The translations under genes and the position numbers were made by a program. 64,000 bases of DNA from Ignisphaera sp. (GTDB lineage: Archaea; Thermoproteota; Thermoprotei_A; Sulfolobales; Ignisphaeraceae), in assembly GCA_038821645.1 (NCBI GenBank), contig JAWBDT010000007.1:1-64000 (forward strand). Direction: 5' to 3'. Below are positions 48,975 through 59,460 of this stretch, piece by piece; position 1 is the first letter of the stretch; every line of letters begins with the position of its first letter. The notes below the pieces were generated by a model. It ran no database searches, had not been told where the DNA came from, and saw only the letters and a list, made by a program, of their open reading frames with translations.

Positions 48975-50516
48975 TAAATAATTAAATCGATACTCAAAAT
49001 ATTTAAGATTAAATCCTATATCCACTACTTCTGTCCAGGGGGGCTCCTCTCTCCAGCCAGTATAGATGTAGGTGTAGTTGCCTCTAGATTTGATGAGTTT
49101 TATTAATGTCGAAGGAGAACATAACTTAAATGCACATTCAATTATAATAGATGAGATATTTCTATCGCCTTGAGCAAGTATCGCCTGTACAAAACCCCAT
49201 TTACTGTCCATAGCATCGAGACGTACAAAACTATAGTTTTTAAGAAGCTCTCTATACCTTTTTATTTTATCGGCATTATTCATGACATGTATTGGTGGAA
49301 CATATTGGTAAGGAGTCCAAGGTTTCGGTATGAGGATGTTTATTGATATCTCGAGAAAATGGTATCTTTTGATAATTCTTAGTTTATCCATAAGGATTCT
49401 TAAATAATTCATTTCTTCATTGATATCTAGTTGAGGAAACCCGGTAATGAGGTACATTTTTACATGTTCATACCCTACTTTATATGCATTAATAATTATC
49501 TCTGAAATTCTGTCTATATCTGAACACTTACCTATGTTGCAACCAAACCTCTTGACAAGTGTTTCAGGAGCTATAGTTATGGTCTTCTGACCTAGATTGT
49601 ATAACATTTTTAAGCGCTCTTCATTAACATGGTCTGGCCTTAGTGAAGGCGCGCTTACACTTATTTTATTCTCATAGAGTTGTTCTAGTAGTTTATCGAT
49701 ATATGGAATACTGAATAAAGATAATGAATAAAATATAACTCGTCTTGCTAAAGTATTGAATCTAAATCCACTCTCTATAATGTTCTTTACAACATTTTCA
49801 GATCTATATCTAAAGGGATAAAGTAGATGTCCCTCCATACAGAAAGGACATAGATAGGGACAACCTCTTGATATCTCGATACGTATTCCATATCCATATA
49901 TAGGTTCCTCTTCTGGGGAACATACTTGTCGGACTGGATGATATGCCGCATCGAGAGATTCTACAATGCATCTTTTAACTTTTGAGTTAAATGGTGAAAT
50001 GGCTATGCAATTTATGTCCTCTAGCCTCTTCAAAGGTCTATCATCTTTAACAGCATCAACAATTCTATCTAAAACATTTTCAGCTTCACCTATTACAACA
50101 GCATCAACAATTTCTGTTAAAGGTAATGGATTAGCTGTAGGTGCTATGCCACCGGCAATAATTAATGGTTTTGTATTTTTTCTGTACCTAGGTAGTAGAT
50201 TTAAAGCTCCAAGAACTTTAGCTATGTTTATGTAATCGAGTTCAAAAGATAGTGATACTAAAAGTGCATCAAGATATCGAGGATCAATGTCTTGATCAAG
50301 AGACTCAAGAACATCCTCATCTATGTTGTACACATATCGATACGCTATAGCATCATCCAAATTATTTATATATTCATAAGCAAGATGCATAAATAGAGAA
50401 CTAGAAGCAGCTCTATAAGGAATAGGGATAAGTATACCTATCTTAGTGTCTTTTGGTTTTCCTTTTTTGTTCACTTTATTCAATTCTTTTCTAGGTCTAA
50501 AAACCATCACGGTCAT
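48954..50516 (-). CDS. Radical SAM protein (B12-binding-like N-terminus)
   Basis: SFELDY, AGG...TANP.P, IGEAE, EISRGCPYLCPFC, PSLRPD, IAPE, PKPWTP. Confidence 0.85.
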   Translation of the reverse strand: MTVMVFRPRKELNKVNKKGKPKDTKIGILIPIPYRAASSSLFMHLAYEYINNLDDAIAYRYVYNIDEDVLESLDQDIDPRYLDALLVSLSFELDYINIAKVLGALNLLPRYRKNTKPLIIAGGIAPTANPLPLTEIVDAVVIGEAENVLDRIVDAVKDDRPLKRLEDINCIAISPFNSKVKRCIVESLDAAYHPVRQVCSPEEEPIYGYGIRIEISRGCPYLCPFCMEGHLLYPFRYRSENVVKNIIESGFRFNTLARRVIFYSLSLFSIPYIDKLLEQLYENKISVSAPSLRPDHVNEERLKMLYNLGQKTITIAPETLVKRFGCNIGKCSDIDRISEIIINAYKVGYEHVKMYLITGFPQLDINEEMNYLRILMDKLRIIKRYHFLEISINILIPKPWTPYQYVPPIHVMNNADKIKRYRELLKNYSFVRLDAMDSKWGFVQAILAQGDRNISSIIIECAFKLCSPSTLIKLIKSRGNYTYIYTGWREEPPWTEVVDIGFNLKYFEYRFNYLSSKSQN

Positions 50517-50565
50517 TATAGATCTAGCTGACTATTAATTACAGAGATTATAATTCTTAGCATCA

Positions 50566-50991
50566 TCATCTATGTCTTTTTACAGTAGAAGTCTTCTTTA
50601 AGATATCTATAACAGAATCTAGACATTCACCTAGTATATCGCTATGCTTCTTCTTTATATGATCTTCAATTACTTGTACAGGGAGCTCTTCTTTACATAT
50701 ACCACATATAGCCATAGATGTATTGACTTTTCTAGCTATGGGTTTTAGCTTGAGAATTAAAGGAGCTGTATATTTCATTAAAACCCTTGATTTCATTGGT
50801 GAGCCTGTTTTTTCAATGATTCTCTGTACATAACCCCTAATCTGATGTTTACTTAAACCATACTTCATAGCTATAGTGCTAGGACTAGCACCTTCTACGA
50901 AATAGTCGTAAAGAGCTTTCACAATCTCTTCTCTATTTGCTAACACCTTAAGTATCAGATATTCAAGTACAGATTCAGTAGAGCTCTTCAC
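50566..50991 (-). CDS. HTH plus C2H2 Zn-finger protein
   Basis: SPSTIAMKYGLSKHQIRGYVQR HTH; CGIC...HIKKKH. Confidence 0.7.
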   Translation of the reverse strand: MKSSTESVLEYLILKVLANREEIVKALYDYFVEGASPSTIAMKYGLSKHQIRGYVQRIIEKTGSPMKSRVLMKYTAPLILKLKPIARKVNTSMAICGICKEELPVQVIEDHIKKKHSDILGECLDSVIDILKKTSTVKRHR

Positions 50992-51310
50992 ACTTTCCCC
51001 TTCTGCATACTTAACTTCATAAAAATTTTTAAACTGCGTAACGCAATCAATTTATAAACTTTTCCTTAATTCTCTACTAGAGATAATTATGTTGTACAAA
51101 TAGTATATAAATATGTACATTATATAAATATTATATAAACATTTTGAATGTATTATCACACTAACTGAAAGTTATTAGGTGTATAAGAATCACATTATGT
51201 CAATGAAAATCACTATCAAGTCTCTATCATAATTTATGTATCATTGCTTAAGACTATAAGGTATATATGTAAGTACTACCAAATTATACTATGATACTTA
51301 TGCACCATTA

Positions 51311-51613
51311 TTGTTTCGTGATAGGCGAATAATTATGAAAGAAAATGCTAATCAAATAATAGAGATTGAAATTCCCCTAACAAAAGTGATTTCAATCAAA
51401 ATTGATGTAGAGACATTAAATGAAACAGACATAATTTTCAAAAAGAAAGGATTTAGAAGTAGATCTGAACTAATTAGAGAAGCATTAGTCACATATATAG
51501 AGCTTTTAAAAAAATTTGATAGAGATGAATTAAAGAAAATAGTATCAGCATTACTATCAACAAATGATGTGCATAAAAGAGATAAAAAAGATAAAGCTCC
51601 ACAGCCTACATAG
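51311..51613 (+). CDS. Ribbon-helix-helix (CopG family) regulator
   Basis: VISIKID...D......GFRSRSELIREAL; likely start ATG about 51335. Confidence 0.8.
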   Translation: MFRDRRIIMKENANQIIEIEIPLTKVISIKIDVETLNETDIIFKKKGFRSRSELIREALVTYIELLKKFDRDELKKIVSALLSTNDVHKRDKKDKAPQPT

Positions 51614-51637
51614 GATACAGGAGTTAATATGAATGTA

Positions 51638-51725
51638 GCGGGGGTGCCCGAGCCAGGTCAAAGGGGTCGGGCTCAGGACCCGATGGCGTAGGCCTGCGTG
51701 GGTTCAAATCCCACCCCCCGCACCA
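51638..51725 (+). tRNA. tRNA-Leu(CAG), CCA encoded
   Basis: Anticodon arm TCGGG-CTCAGGA-CCCGA, long variable arm, GGTTCAAATCC, ends CCCCCGCACCA. Confidence 0.97.
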
Positions 51726-52107
51726 TGAAACCTTGTTTCACTATGAAGTTAACTACTTCTTCAGCCAGTCTTCTCGTCATCAGTTTGAGATTCTGTTTGG
51801 AAAGTCCTGCAGTTAATCTGATTTTCAATTCTGACGCTTCAACTCAGCGACTATTGTAAGAAGTTCATTATTTTCATTACTGGAGCAATAATAGATACCT
51901 TCATAGATATGACTTTCTTTGATATAGATGTAATGGACATTATGTTAATGAGACTACAGAGAATAACGAAGTTTGCTGACACTATAGCGAAGCAGCAGAA
52001 GAGGAAATGAATTCTAGTTCATAAATATTGAGATAACTCAGAGGTCAGGGTTAGAGGTATCGATGGGACTACTCTTGTTGTAGTGTCTAGTTAATCTCTA
52101 TCGTTGG

Positions 52108-52306
52108 TTCAGCAGATCGGCACAAGCGATGGAGGTGACATCTCTCGCCATTAGAACAATCTAGACTACGGTTCTCATGAACTCATATGGAATAGCAACA
52201 TCAACAATATATGCGATGGTGTTACTGATAATTGTAATACTCTCAATAACGATACTGCTGGTATTCCTAAGGTACATACTGGTCTTTATCAACAAAATAT
52301 TTCAGT
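52108..52306 (+). pseudogene. Possible remnant of a membrane permease C-terminus
   Basis: FSRSAQAMEVTSLAIRTI*TTVLMNSYGIATSTIYAMVLLIIVILSITILLVFLR with an internal stop; resembles the last TM of ABC permeases. Confidence 0.25.
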
Positions 52307-52340
52307 TTTCTTTTGCACTTCTTTTGTCTTGGGTATGTGA

Positions 52341-53291
52341 ATGAAAGTGATGATAATTTCAGTACTTATGTTTGTTACTTTCTTTGTTAGTGTTCATGCC
52401 TATAGTGTTTATAACGTTATCGATGTCCATCACGCATTACTGTTTCTGAAATCCCAGTACATCGAAGAGGCTGGATTGCTGAGAGCAGCAGTGAGAGCGT
52501 ATCCAGACAATACAACAATATATATAGCAAACGACAACGTCCTCGCTGCGAGGGCTCTTGCTATCCTAGGAGATAGGGATCTATCTAGTAGGATACTCAC
52601 GAAGCTGAACAATGAGTATGGTGGAGGCTTCAATGGTAGAATAGAGATACTCTTTGGTGTGGACATACCGGAGGTGTTCTATACACCAGTTCACGAAGAG
52701 CTGGGGAGTGTAGGTGAGTACAGGATCATCTATGAAAAGCCTGGGAACCAAGTTATCGAGGATTGGCACGAGTACGCCGACTTGGTTGTGTACCGTGCAC
52801 TAAAGCGATTGCTCTGGGGCTCCAGAGCACAGGCTGAACTACTCTTTCTTGAACTAGTGAGAATGTGGGATGGATACGGATTTAGAGATAAAGCATATAC
52901 TGCCACGGGTATGTATAGTACATACAAATGCGGGCTCTTCATCTACCTCTACCGTGCTCTTGATTCAGCTGGATCAGATATTGTTAAAGACCACGTTAAT
53001 ATCAGGAACAAGTGCCTTGAGATAATAGCAATGGCTCAAGACCTCGAGACAGGTGGGATAAGAACAGACTACAGAGCCGTCAATGAGGAAATCATCATTG
53101 AGGGAGACGTGAACGTTGAAACAACAAGCATTATTGTATTAGCGCTCTACTCCGATTACCCACTAGTGTTCTCGAGAAGCACTAGACAAGTTAACCCAGT
53201 TGCCAAAGCGTATCCACTTGCTGAGCCAGTAGCATATCTAGTAATAGCGTTAATAGTGTTTATATATAGATTTATATGGAAACCTGTCTAA
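52341..53291 (+). CDS. Secreted/membrane-anchored protein, possible alpha/alpha-barrel (glycoside hydrolase-like)
   Basis: Signal peptide ending VHA, C-terminal TM, helical repeats (NDNVLAARAL, WDGYGF.D, STYK, NVETTS); visibly more C/G-ending codons than neighbours. Confidence 0.6.
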   Translation: MKVMIISVLMFVTFFVSVHAYSVYNVIDVHHALLFLKSQYIEEAGLLRAAVRAYPDNTTIYIANDNVLAARALAILGDRDLSSRILTKLNNEYGGGFNGRIEILFGVDIPEVFYTPVHEELGSVGEYRIIYEKPGNQVIEDWHEYADLVVYRALKRLLWGSRAQAELLFLELVRMWDGYGFRDKAYTATGMYSTYKCGLFIYLYRALDSAGSDIVKDHVNIRNKCLEIIAMAQDLETGGIRTDYRAVNEEIIIEGDVNVETTSIIVLALYSDYPLVFSRSTRQVNPVAKAYPLAEPVAYLVIALIVFIYRFIWKPV

Positions 53292-53688
53292 GCTGACCAT
53301 AATACCACAAGTAATACATTGAATCCTTCTCTAAGCCTCTTTGAACTTTTCCTACTCCCCACACATTAATGTTAGACTGTACTCGGTAATGGAGATGTTG
53401 TTCCTACAGGATATACAGGAGGTTATTAAACGCTTTGGAGTACTTACCAAGTGGTTCAAGAAGAATAGGAAGAATCAACTCTGTGTGCGAACAGTTAATT
53501 AGGGATCAACTAGATGTTAAGCTTAGGACTCAAGATGTAGGCTTACATGGGTTCAAATTCTCTACACTAGAGTTCCTCTACTAGTGCTTAAGCATCTAAT
53601 ATATTATTTTCATTAAAATCTCGATTAAGATTAAGAGATAATGATAGTTTGTTTCTCGTAATACACGACGTAGCTAGCTTCTATGTGC

Positions 53689-54837
53689 TTAAGAAATGTC
53701 TCTCCACAGTAATTCAAGTTGATCAGCATATTCATACACTTCTTCAAGCTCTTTACTACTTACATGTCTATTTATGTCGCTATATTGATGAGCTTTATAT
53801 TCAGGTCTGTATTGATCCATGATATTGACTAGAACCCTATCTTTCGGAAGATTTTCTGCTATCCATCTCAATACAGGCTTCGAGCAACACTCTACATGGT
53901 TTGGAAGTACGAGATGGCGTATGATCATGTCCCCCCATTCTATGGCTATGCGGTGATTCCTACCAACAACTTCTAGATATTTAGGTATACCTGAAAGTCT
54001 TTGAGCGCATGAGTTGTTTCCATACTTAAAGTCTGGTAGCCATATATCTATCACGTATATTAATAGATTTAGAGCTTCTTCACTCATATAGAAATTACTA
54101 TTCCATAACTGAGGAACATTCACATCTAGAAACCTCATGCTATCTAAGATGTTATGTATATCTGGCGTAGGATCTCCACCTACATGATTAATGTTTCTAG
54201 CACCCTTACGTCTGAGATCTTTTTGCATAAGTGCAAGTTGATGGGATGATACTTCGATACCATTGAAAGGATTTTCTTGAGATATATCCCAATTTTGACA
54301 GAAAACACACCTAAAGTTACAACTTCCATAGAAAATAGTTCCACTAGGAACTAGAGGAGCTTCTTCACCTATATGTAGAAACCAGCTATGTACATAAGAT
54401 CTACTATCAAGTCTACAGAAACCTCTTCTACCTTCACTTCTATCGATACCGCATCTCCATTCACAAAATCTACAGCTTTTCAGTATTTTAAATGCTATCT
54501 TGGTCTCGAGATCCAGTAGATTTGGAGTAGATTCTCCATACTTTTTCTTAAACTCTCTAAACCCTATACCAGATTTCCGAACCTCTTGCCATAAAGAAGT
54601 AAAAATCTTTCCAGCATCTCTATGTACACCTACTAGACTATCTATATCTAGAGAATTTATGTTACCAACATCTCTAGGAATTTCCACAGCCTTAGCTATA
54701 TGAAATTTAGCGGGATAATCATCAAGAAGAATAGCATAATACCAGCTCAAAGTTTTTCTAAAAGTCTCGTTATGGAGAGCTCTTATAGCATCAGGCCTGA
54801 CATAATACCAGTAACTTTCTTTTAGTATGTCTTTCAA
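53689..54837 (-). CDS. PflX-like radical SAM protein
   Basis: CRFCEWRCGIDR, HIGEE.PLVPSGTIF..CNFRCVFCQNWDIS, GGDPTP, WNSNFY, PDFKYGN, IRHLVLP. Confidence 0.88.
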   Translation of the reverse strand: MKDILKESYWYYVRPDAIRALHNETFRKTLSWYYAILLDDYPAKFHIAKAVEIPRDVGNINSLDIDSLVGVHRDAGKIFTSLWQEVRKSGIGFREFKKKYGESTPNLLDLETKIAFKILKSCRFCEWRCGIDRSEGRRGFCRLDSRSYVHSWFLHIGEEAPLVPSGTIFYGSCNFRCVFCQNWDISQENPFNGIEVSSHQLALMQKDLRRKGARNINHVGGDPTPDIHNILDSMRFLDVNVPQLWNSNFYMSEEALNLLIYVIDIWLPDFKYGNNSCAQRLSGIPKYLEVVGRNHRIAIEWGDMIIRHLVLPNHVECCSKPVLRWIAENLPKDRVLVNIMDQYRPEYKAHQYSDINRHVSSKELEEVYEYADQLELLWRDIS

Positions 54838-55615
54838 TTTTTCTTCGCCTATAGATACCCACTCTAGAGTTAGTTATACTTGATTCAATCTACTTTAGTC
54901 TTTATATTTCATTCATGAATTATCTGAATCAATAAATACGCTATATAACTAGTGTTTAGAGTCTTATAAATCTTTGACTACATTCATAACAAATCTAGTC
55001 ACTAAATCTTAGAGTCTAATGGTTTCTAATCATATTGAAGTATCTAGATCTTAGCTAAAGAATTGACATCATAACAATTCTTTAAAACATAGCCTGGTTC
55101 ATAATCATTATGTATCTTAGCTTGGTGAAGAGTGATTAAAATCTAATTATGTAACACGATGTTTATTGTAAGCTATATTAGAGGTTGTAGAATTTCAATA
55201 ATATGCTAGTGGTTAGAGTGATCTTAATTTTGTGGCTGTTTCACAGAATCTGAAGTAATATCGTCATAGATTACACATATAGAGAATATAGATACACCAT
55301 ATACTCACTATGTATTCTATCTGATGTATGCTCATTTCGATAATTTACTTATATGTACTCCATTGTATCTGGATCATAACCTATTTGACTAAACAACAAA
55401 ATAGATATATCAATTGATTCAAGGTTTCCTATACCCCGATAATCATCATATATCAGTGGGCATGACTTAAGACATCTCTTATCTTTTTATAATACATCTA
55501 CTACTTTCGGCAATATAAGTTTTAACCTTACCATTATGCTAACTTTTAAATATTTGAGGTTTCTGTGATCTAGTTACATAGACTCAGCATAGATTATGAA
55601 AGGTGATTAAAGAAC

Positions 55616-56767
55616 TTGAGAAAGGTCTATGTTGTTGGTGTAGGCATGGTTAAGATCGATAGACATTATGACAAAGGGTTTGCTGAACTTATTCACGAAG
55701 CTTTTGTAAAAGCTTATGAAGATAGTAAGGGTATAGAACCTGAAGGAATCGTGGTAGGAAATATGATGAGTAGTTCTCTCTATCAACAAGATTCTTTAGC
55801 AGCTTTAGCGACAGATGCTATGGGCTTAAGAGGTAAAGGTGGATTTAAAGTTGAAGCAGCTTGTGGTAGTGGGGGACATGCATTTGTGGCAGGGTTTTCT
55901 TTAGTTGCTTCAGGATTATACGATGCTGTAGCTGTTATTGGTGTCGAGAAAATGTCTGATTATCCTACATCTAGAGTAACATCTGCTTTAGCTCAAGCAG
56001 CTGATGCTGAACATGAAGTTATCTATGGAGCTAGTTTTGCATCACTTAATGCCCTGGTCATGAGGATGTACATGAGTAAGTATGAAGCTAAAAGAGAGGA
56101 TTTAGCTTTATGGCCTGTTAGAATGCATGAGCACGCTTCCTATAATCCTTATGCACAGCTTAGAAACAGGATAAAGATTGAAGATGTTTTAAATTCAACA
56201 ATTATAGCAGACCCCATAAGACTTATGGATTCTGCACCTATAGGTGATGGAGCAGCTGTAGTAATACTTACTTCAGAAGATATTGCTAGAAAGTTTAATG
56301 ATACACCTATACATGTTGCTGGAGTAGGTCTTGGTAGTGATGCTCTAGATATTAGTTCTAGAGACGATCTTCTGAAACCTTTAAGCATAATCAGAGCTGC
56401 TGAAAAAGCTTACCGTATGGCTAAGGTAGAGCCAAAAGATATTGATGTAGCAGAAATACATGATGCATTCACTATTACCGCTCTCTTGTGTATAGAAGGA
56501 CTAGGTTTCTCTGATTGGGGATTGTCATGGAAGTTTGTGAAAGAGGGTAGATTCACTAGAGATGATAGACCTGCGCTAAACTTGAGTGGAGGTTTAAAAG
56601 CTAGAGGTCATCCCGTAGGTGCTACAGGTGTATACCAGATTGCAGAAATAGTTATGCAACTTAGAGGTGACTTTCCAGGTCTGAGAGCATCTTCACCTGA
56701 ATTAGGTTTAGCATTAAATACAGGTGGTGTTGGAACTTTGACCTCGGTGGTTATTCTGAAGAGGTGA
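55616..56767 (+). CDS. Acetyl-CoA acetyltransferase (archaeal thiolase)
   Basis: VEAACGSG, GVEKM, NPYAQ, DGAA, AEIHDAF, NLSGGLKARGHPVGATG. Confidence 0.92.
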   Translation: MRKVYVVGVGMVKIDRHYDKGFAELIHEAFVKAYEDSKGIEPEGIVVGNMMSSSLYQQDSLAALATDAMGLRGKGGFKVEAACGSGGHAFVAGFSLVASGLYDAVAVIGVEKMSDYPTSRVTSALAQAADAEHEVIYGASFASLNALVMRMYMSKYEAKREDLALWPVRMHEHASYNPYAQLRNRIKIEDVLNSTIIADPIRLMDSAPIGDGAAVVILTSEDIARKFNDTPIHVAGVGLGSDALDISSRDDLLKPLSIIRAAEKAYRMAKVEPKDIDVAEIHDAFTITALLCIEGLGFSDWGLSWKFVKEGRFTRDDRPALNLSGGLKARGHPVGATGVYQIAEIVMQLRGDFPGLRASSPELGLALNTGGVGTLTSVVILKR

Positions 56768-56773
56768 AGAGAT

Positions 56774-57196
56774 ATGATTATGTCTCCAGCTAGAGTTTGG
56801 AGAGAAAGAGGAGCTAGACTAAGACTAGAAGGTGTTAGATGTAGAAAATGCAATAGGATTTTCTATCCACCTAAACCATCGTGTCCCTATTGTGGGTTTA
56901 GAGAAACAGAAAGAGTAGATCTACCTAAAAGAGGTAGAGTAGTTAGCTGGAGTATAGAGAATATAGTTCCTGAAGGATATAGGGTTGAAGCGCCAGTGAT
57001 TTTGGCGCTAATAGAACTTGAAAATGGTGTTAAGGTGTTATCAACATTAACTGATGTAGATCCAGAGAACCTCTACGAAGGTATGGAGGTAGAAGCTGTA
57101 TTAAGAAGATTATGGGTTGAAGGTACAGAGGGACTCATAGTTTATGGCATCAAGTTTACACCTATTCATGTAGGTAATAGAGGTACAGCTCTTTAG
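56774..57196 (+). CDS. DUF35 Zn-ribbon/OB-fold thiolase partner
   Basis: CRKC...PP..CPYC, GMEVEAVLRRL, YGIKF. Confidence 0.9.
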   Translation: MIMSPARVWRERGARLRLEGVRCRKCNRIFYPPKPSCPYCGFRETERVDLPKRGRVVSWSIENIVPEGYRVEAPVILALIELENGVKVLSTLTDVDPENLYEGMEVEAVLRRLWVEGTEGLIVYGIKFTPIHVGNRGTAL

Positions 57197-57218
57197 TTAA
57201 TAGAGGTACTGTTAGCTG

Positions 57219-58703
57219 ATGTATAGAATTAAAGCAATAATTTTTTCTACATGCGTCTTGTTATCAACCCTCATGATTATAGCTCTAGCGATAGGAGTAA
57301 CATTCTATGTATATTCAAGCTATGTAGATAATAGTATTGAGTTAAATGCCTCAAGAAACTTTCTAGCTATAGTTACAGTAATATTGGTTGTTAGCTCCAT
57401 TATAGCGTACATATTTCGTCACTATGTTATTACAGAGATAGTTGATGCACTTATTGTTGTAGCTATCTATTGGTTTATTGTTCCTTTCGTTAATGCACTA
57501 ATATATGGATACGTAATTGGTCTAGATTTTGTTAACGCTCTTTTCGAGTCTGTAAGTGGATTTTCTGGAACAGGATTAACTATACTATCCGATATAGAGA
57601 AGTATCCTTACATTGTACTCATGTGGAGAGCTGCTACACAATGGATAGGCGAACTTAGTGTTGTAGTATTCTCTGGAGCTCTTTTACCTCATATTCATAG
57701 AATCTTGAGCAGGGTTTATGTAGCTGAACGTGGTGTAAGATTTGCACCAACAATACTTTCAACAACTAGAAGGATGCTCATAACATACATTATTTTAACA
57801 ATAATCGGAGTCTTTATGTTTATGTATAGTGGTATGGAGTTCCTTGATGCATTAGCTCATTCAATGACAGGTATAGCTACTGGTGGTATGTCAACAAATA
57901 CGCAAAGTATTGCATACTGGTATAAAACTCATGGGTATAGGATTCTAGTAGTGTCTACAATTGTGATGATCTTAGGGGCACTAAATTTTGTAGATCTCTA
58001 TAATCTTGTGAGAGGTAAAATTAAGGAATTTTTTAAAAGTTTAGAGGTCAAATGGTTTATACTTATAACAGTAATACTAGCTATCATAACTATAGGAATA
58101 ACCTTATGCCTTTTAGGAAATAGCTTCGAGCATGTAGTGATAGTTATATATAATTTGATGTCAGGATTAACAACTACAGGATTTCAGGTAGGTGATATAG
58201 GTCGCTATCCCGATATACTGAAGATATTAATAATTCTGGCTATGGCTATTGGTGGAGCTACATTCTCAACGGCAGGAGGCATAAAGATAAAGAGAGTAGC
58301 ATTAGTACTTAAATCAGTGGTATGGTCGTTATCTAAATCCTTTCTTCCCGAAAATGTTTATATAGTTAAGAAAGTGAATGGAGAGATAGTGGAAGATGAA
58401 GATATAGTATCAACTTACGCATTCATATTACTCTATATTGTAATAGCTTTGACAGCCTCAGCCTCTCTCTTCATCATATTGCAGGTTAGGGGCTATAATT
58501 GGAGCTATAGCTATATAGATGTTCTTTTTGAAACAGTTTCTGCATTATCTTGTGTTGGTCTCTCAACAGGTGTAACAACAATATTCATGCCATTAGAAGC
58601 TAAAGTGGTGTTAATGATTGTTATGTATCTTGGTAGACTAGAATTTTTGCCGATATATCTGATTATAGGGTACCTCTATAGAAAGAAAATAACTCTTGGA
58701 TGA
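57219..58703 (+). CDS. trkH: TrkH potassium uptake protein
   Basis: Four pore loops FESVSGFSGTG, IATGGMS, LTTTGF, LSCVGLS; STAGGIK; GRLE. Confidence 0.92.
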   Translation: MYRIKAIIFSTCVLLSTLMIIALAIGVTFYVYSSYVDNSIELNASRNFLAIVTVILVVSSIIAYIFRHYVITEIVDALIVVAIYWFIVPFVNALIYGYVIGLDFVNALFESVSGFSGTGLTILSDIEKYPYIVLMWRAATQWIGELSVVVFSGALLPHIHRILSRVYVAERGVRFAPTILSTTRRMLITYIILTIIGVFMFMYSGMEFLDALAHSMTGIATGGMSTNTQSIAYWYKTHGYRILVVSTIVMILGALNFVDLYNLVRGKIKEFFKSLEVKWFILITVILAIITIGITLCLLGNSFEHVVIVIYNLMSGLTTTGFQVGDIGRYPDILKILIILAMAIGGATFSTAGGIKIKRVALVLKSVVWSLSKSFLPENVYIVKKVNGEIVEDEDIVSTYAFILLYIVIALTASASLFIILQVRGYNWSYSYIDVLFETVSALSCVGLSTGVTTIFMPLEAKVVLMIVMYLGRLEFLPIYLIIGYLYRKKITLG

Positions 58704-58752
58704 AATAGCTTTATTATATAGCTATCATAAATAATGTCTAGGTTGAACCTAG

Positions 58753-59394
58753 ATGCGGGTTATAGTAGTAGGAGCTGTTGATGAAATTATGGAGTTGATT
58801 AGAGAGCTCATTGATAAAGGACATGAAGTTGTGGTGCTAGATGATGATAATACTAGAATAGATAGATTTGTTCAAGAACTTGATGTAGCGGTATATCTAT
58901 TCTCGTTATTTGATTTAACAACATTTATGCGTGCAGGTATGCATAAAGCTGATATAGTTCTAGTAGCACATCCTGTTGATACAGTAAATGTATTAGTGTG
59001 TATATATGCAAAAAGTCTTGGTGTACCAAAAATTTATGCAGTTGTAGGTTCTGCTCATACAGCCAATGTGTTGAGTAAATTAGGTTTTGTAGAAAGAGTA
59101 TTAGTGAAATCTACTTTGGTTAGAAGATCACTTACTGAATTGATATATGGTGTAAGGATCATAGAGCTAGATGAAGATAACTACCTAGTAATGTTAACAT
59201 TAAGTGAAGTAAATCACTTAGAAGGTAAAAAAGTAGAAGAAGTTGAAGAACAAGGTGCAAAGATTCTAGCAATACTTGATAGCGAAAATAATCCTATTAA
59301 CTATGACAAAGACTATGTATTAAAAAGAGGCGAAAAAATTGTCATCAAGATAAATAAGAGGTCTATGGAATCTCTATTATTTAAATACAGATAG
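58753..59394 (+). CDS. trkA: TrkA-like RCK domain protein
   Basis: Rossmann-like VIVVGA..L...GHEVVVLD; adjacent to trkH; GxGxxG degenerate. Confidence 0.78.
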   Translation: MRVIVVGAVDEIMELIRELIDKGHEVVVLDDDNTRIDRFVQELDVAVYLFSLFDLTTFMRAGMHKADIVLVAHPVDTVNVLVCIYAKSLGVPKIYAVVGSAHTANVLSKLGFVERVLVKSTLVRRSLTELIYGVRIIELDEDNYLVMLTLSEVNHLEGKKVEEVEEQGAKILAILDSENNPINYDKDYVLKRGEKIVIKINKRSMESLLFKYR

Positions 59395-59460
59395 GTAAAT
59401 AACAATATTTATTACCAACCTCTAGTATATATTATTTGAGCTAACTGAAGAGGTTAAATA

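Larger units (their letters stand above)
51671..53560. mobile_element. Decayed tRNA-integrated element (attL in tRNA-Leu, degenerate attR at 53521-53560)
   Basis: 53521-53560 matches tRNA 51671-51711 at 31 of 41 positions by manual alignment (9 transitions, 1 gap); minus-strand frame 51843-51673 reads into the tRNA (MVRGVGFEPT). Confidence 0.6.

Noticed and set aside
51761-51783. Minus-strand TGATGA...CTGA half C/D motif
   Set aside because: No upstream C/D' pair; better explained as part of the int(N)-like frame
52051-52066. (Q)RYRW glycosyltransferase-like motif in the element relic
   Set aside because: Needs a stop-to-Gln reversion and has no supporting GT2 context
54840-55600. 760-bp non-coding gap as a possible origin, CRISPR or sRNA locus
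   Set aside because: No ORB boxes, no regularly spaced repeats, and only an incomplete C/D-like motif near 55410-55455
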